64,000 bases of DNA from Patellaria atrata CBS 101060 (lineage: Eukaryota): NCBI GenBank assembly GCA_010093705.1, contig MU006097.1, positions 1,030,715 through 1,094,714 of the forward strand, read 5' to 3'. The position numbers and the translations under genes are program-made. The notes beneath the pieces were generated by a model. It had not been told where the DNA came from and did no database searches. It saw nothing but the letters and a program-made list of their open reading frames with translations. Shown here in pieces: positions 63,497-64,000 of this stretch (the first letter of the stretch is position 1; every line of letters starts with the position of its first letter).

Positions 63497-64000
63497 GGTG
63501 TTTGTGTAATTTGTGTAATATCAGTTTCCAGTTTCTGTGAGGTGTGAACTTCGAGTTTTCGAATGTAAAGTTGATTCTCTGAAGCTATACGGCGTATCGA
63601 GTTTCTGATGTAGAGTGTAAGATATTCAATGTTTATTAAGGGTACGGTAGGTAGCCAAGCAGTTTCGTACTTATGACCTAAGGGAAGAATTACGTTTTGT
63701 GGATCTAATGATGTCAAACATACATAGTTCCTTAGGTCATCGTTGATCGCGTGCGGCAAGTGGCAGACCCTCAAATTCAGCACAGGGCAGGGCATGAGGC
63801 ACAATTCTAAGGTTATCACTCTGGCTAAGCCCTTACATTGATAGCTTCTGTCATTCACTAATTTATCTTGATTTATATCTGCTTAAAGTCATATGACAAC
63901 TTCACTAGATGCATATAGCTGCAGATTTGGTGAGGATTTCATATTCCATGCCATCACCCATAACTCCTGAATTTATGCCCTCTCTCAGATCAGGATAATG

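Overview
Eukaryotic genomic DNA from a filamentous ascomycete (Pezizomycotina). Evidence: short GT-AG introns with CTRAC/CTAAC branch points and fungal-type genes. About 15 intact protein-coding genes are supported: an SREBP/SrbA-type bHLH factor, a Pom1-like DYRK kinase, indoleamine 2,3-dioxygenase, a Use1 SNARE, a C2H2 zinc-finger factor, glutathione peroxidase, a HET-domain protein, an Obg-family GTPase, a GH72 glucanosyltransferase, a conserved Ser/Pro-rich protein, Vps23, Nfs1, Rvs167, Erv41 and a conserved hypothetical protein. There is also one tRNA-Arg(TCT). The most unusual part is 28.7-42 kb. (i) A QDE-2-like Argonaute is broken by a 17-bp minisatellite that expanded from its own PAZ coding sequence; downstream it carries three CpA>TpA-type premature stops and at least one frameshift, while the 5' ~490 codons, including a CCHC-like knuckle, remain open. 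(ii) An unannotated ~200-nt GC-rich, highly base-paired element has Pol III-like A/B boxes, a tRNA-Arg-like core, a C(UACG)G hairpin and a T-run, making it a candidate ncRNA or SINE. (iii) The GTPase gene has an in-frame GT...AT intron. (iv) A decayed element is flanked by ~125-bp direct repeats. All calls come from manual reading; no database searches were run, and exon boundaries are manual predictions.
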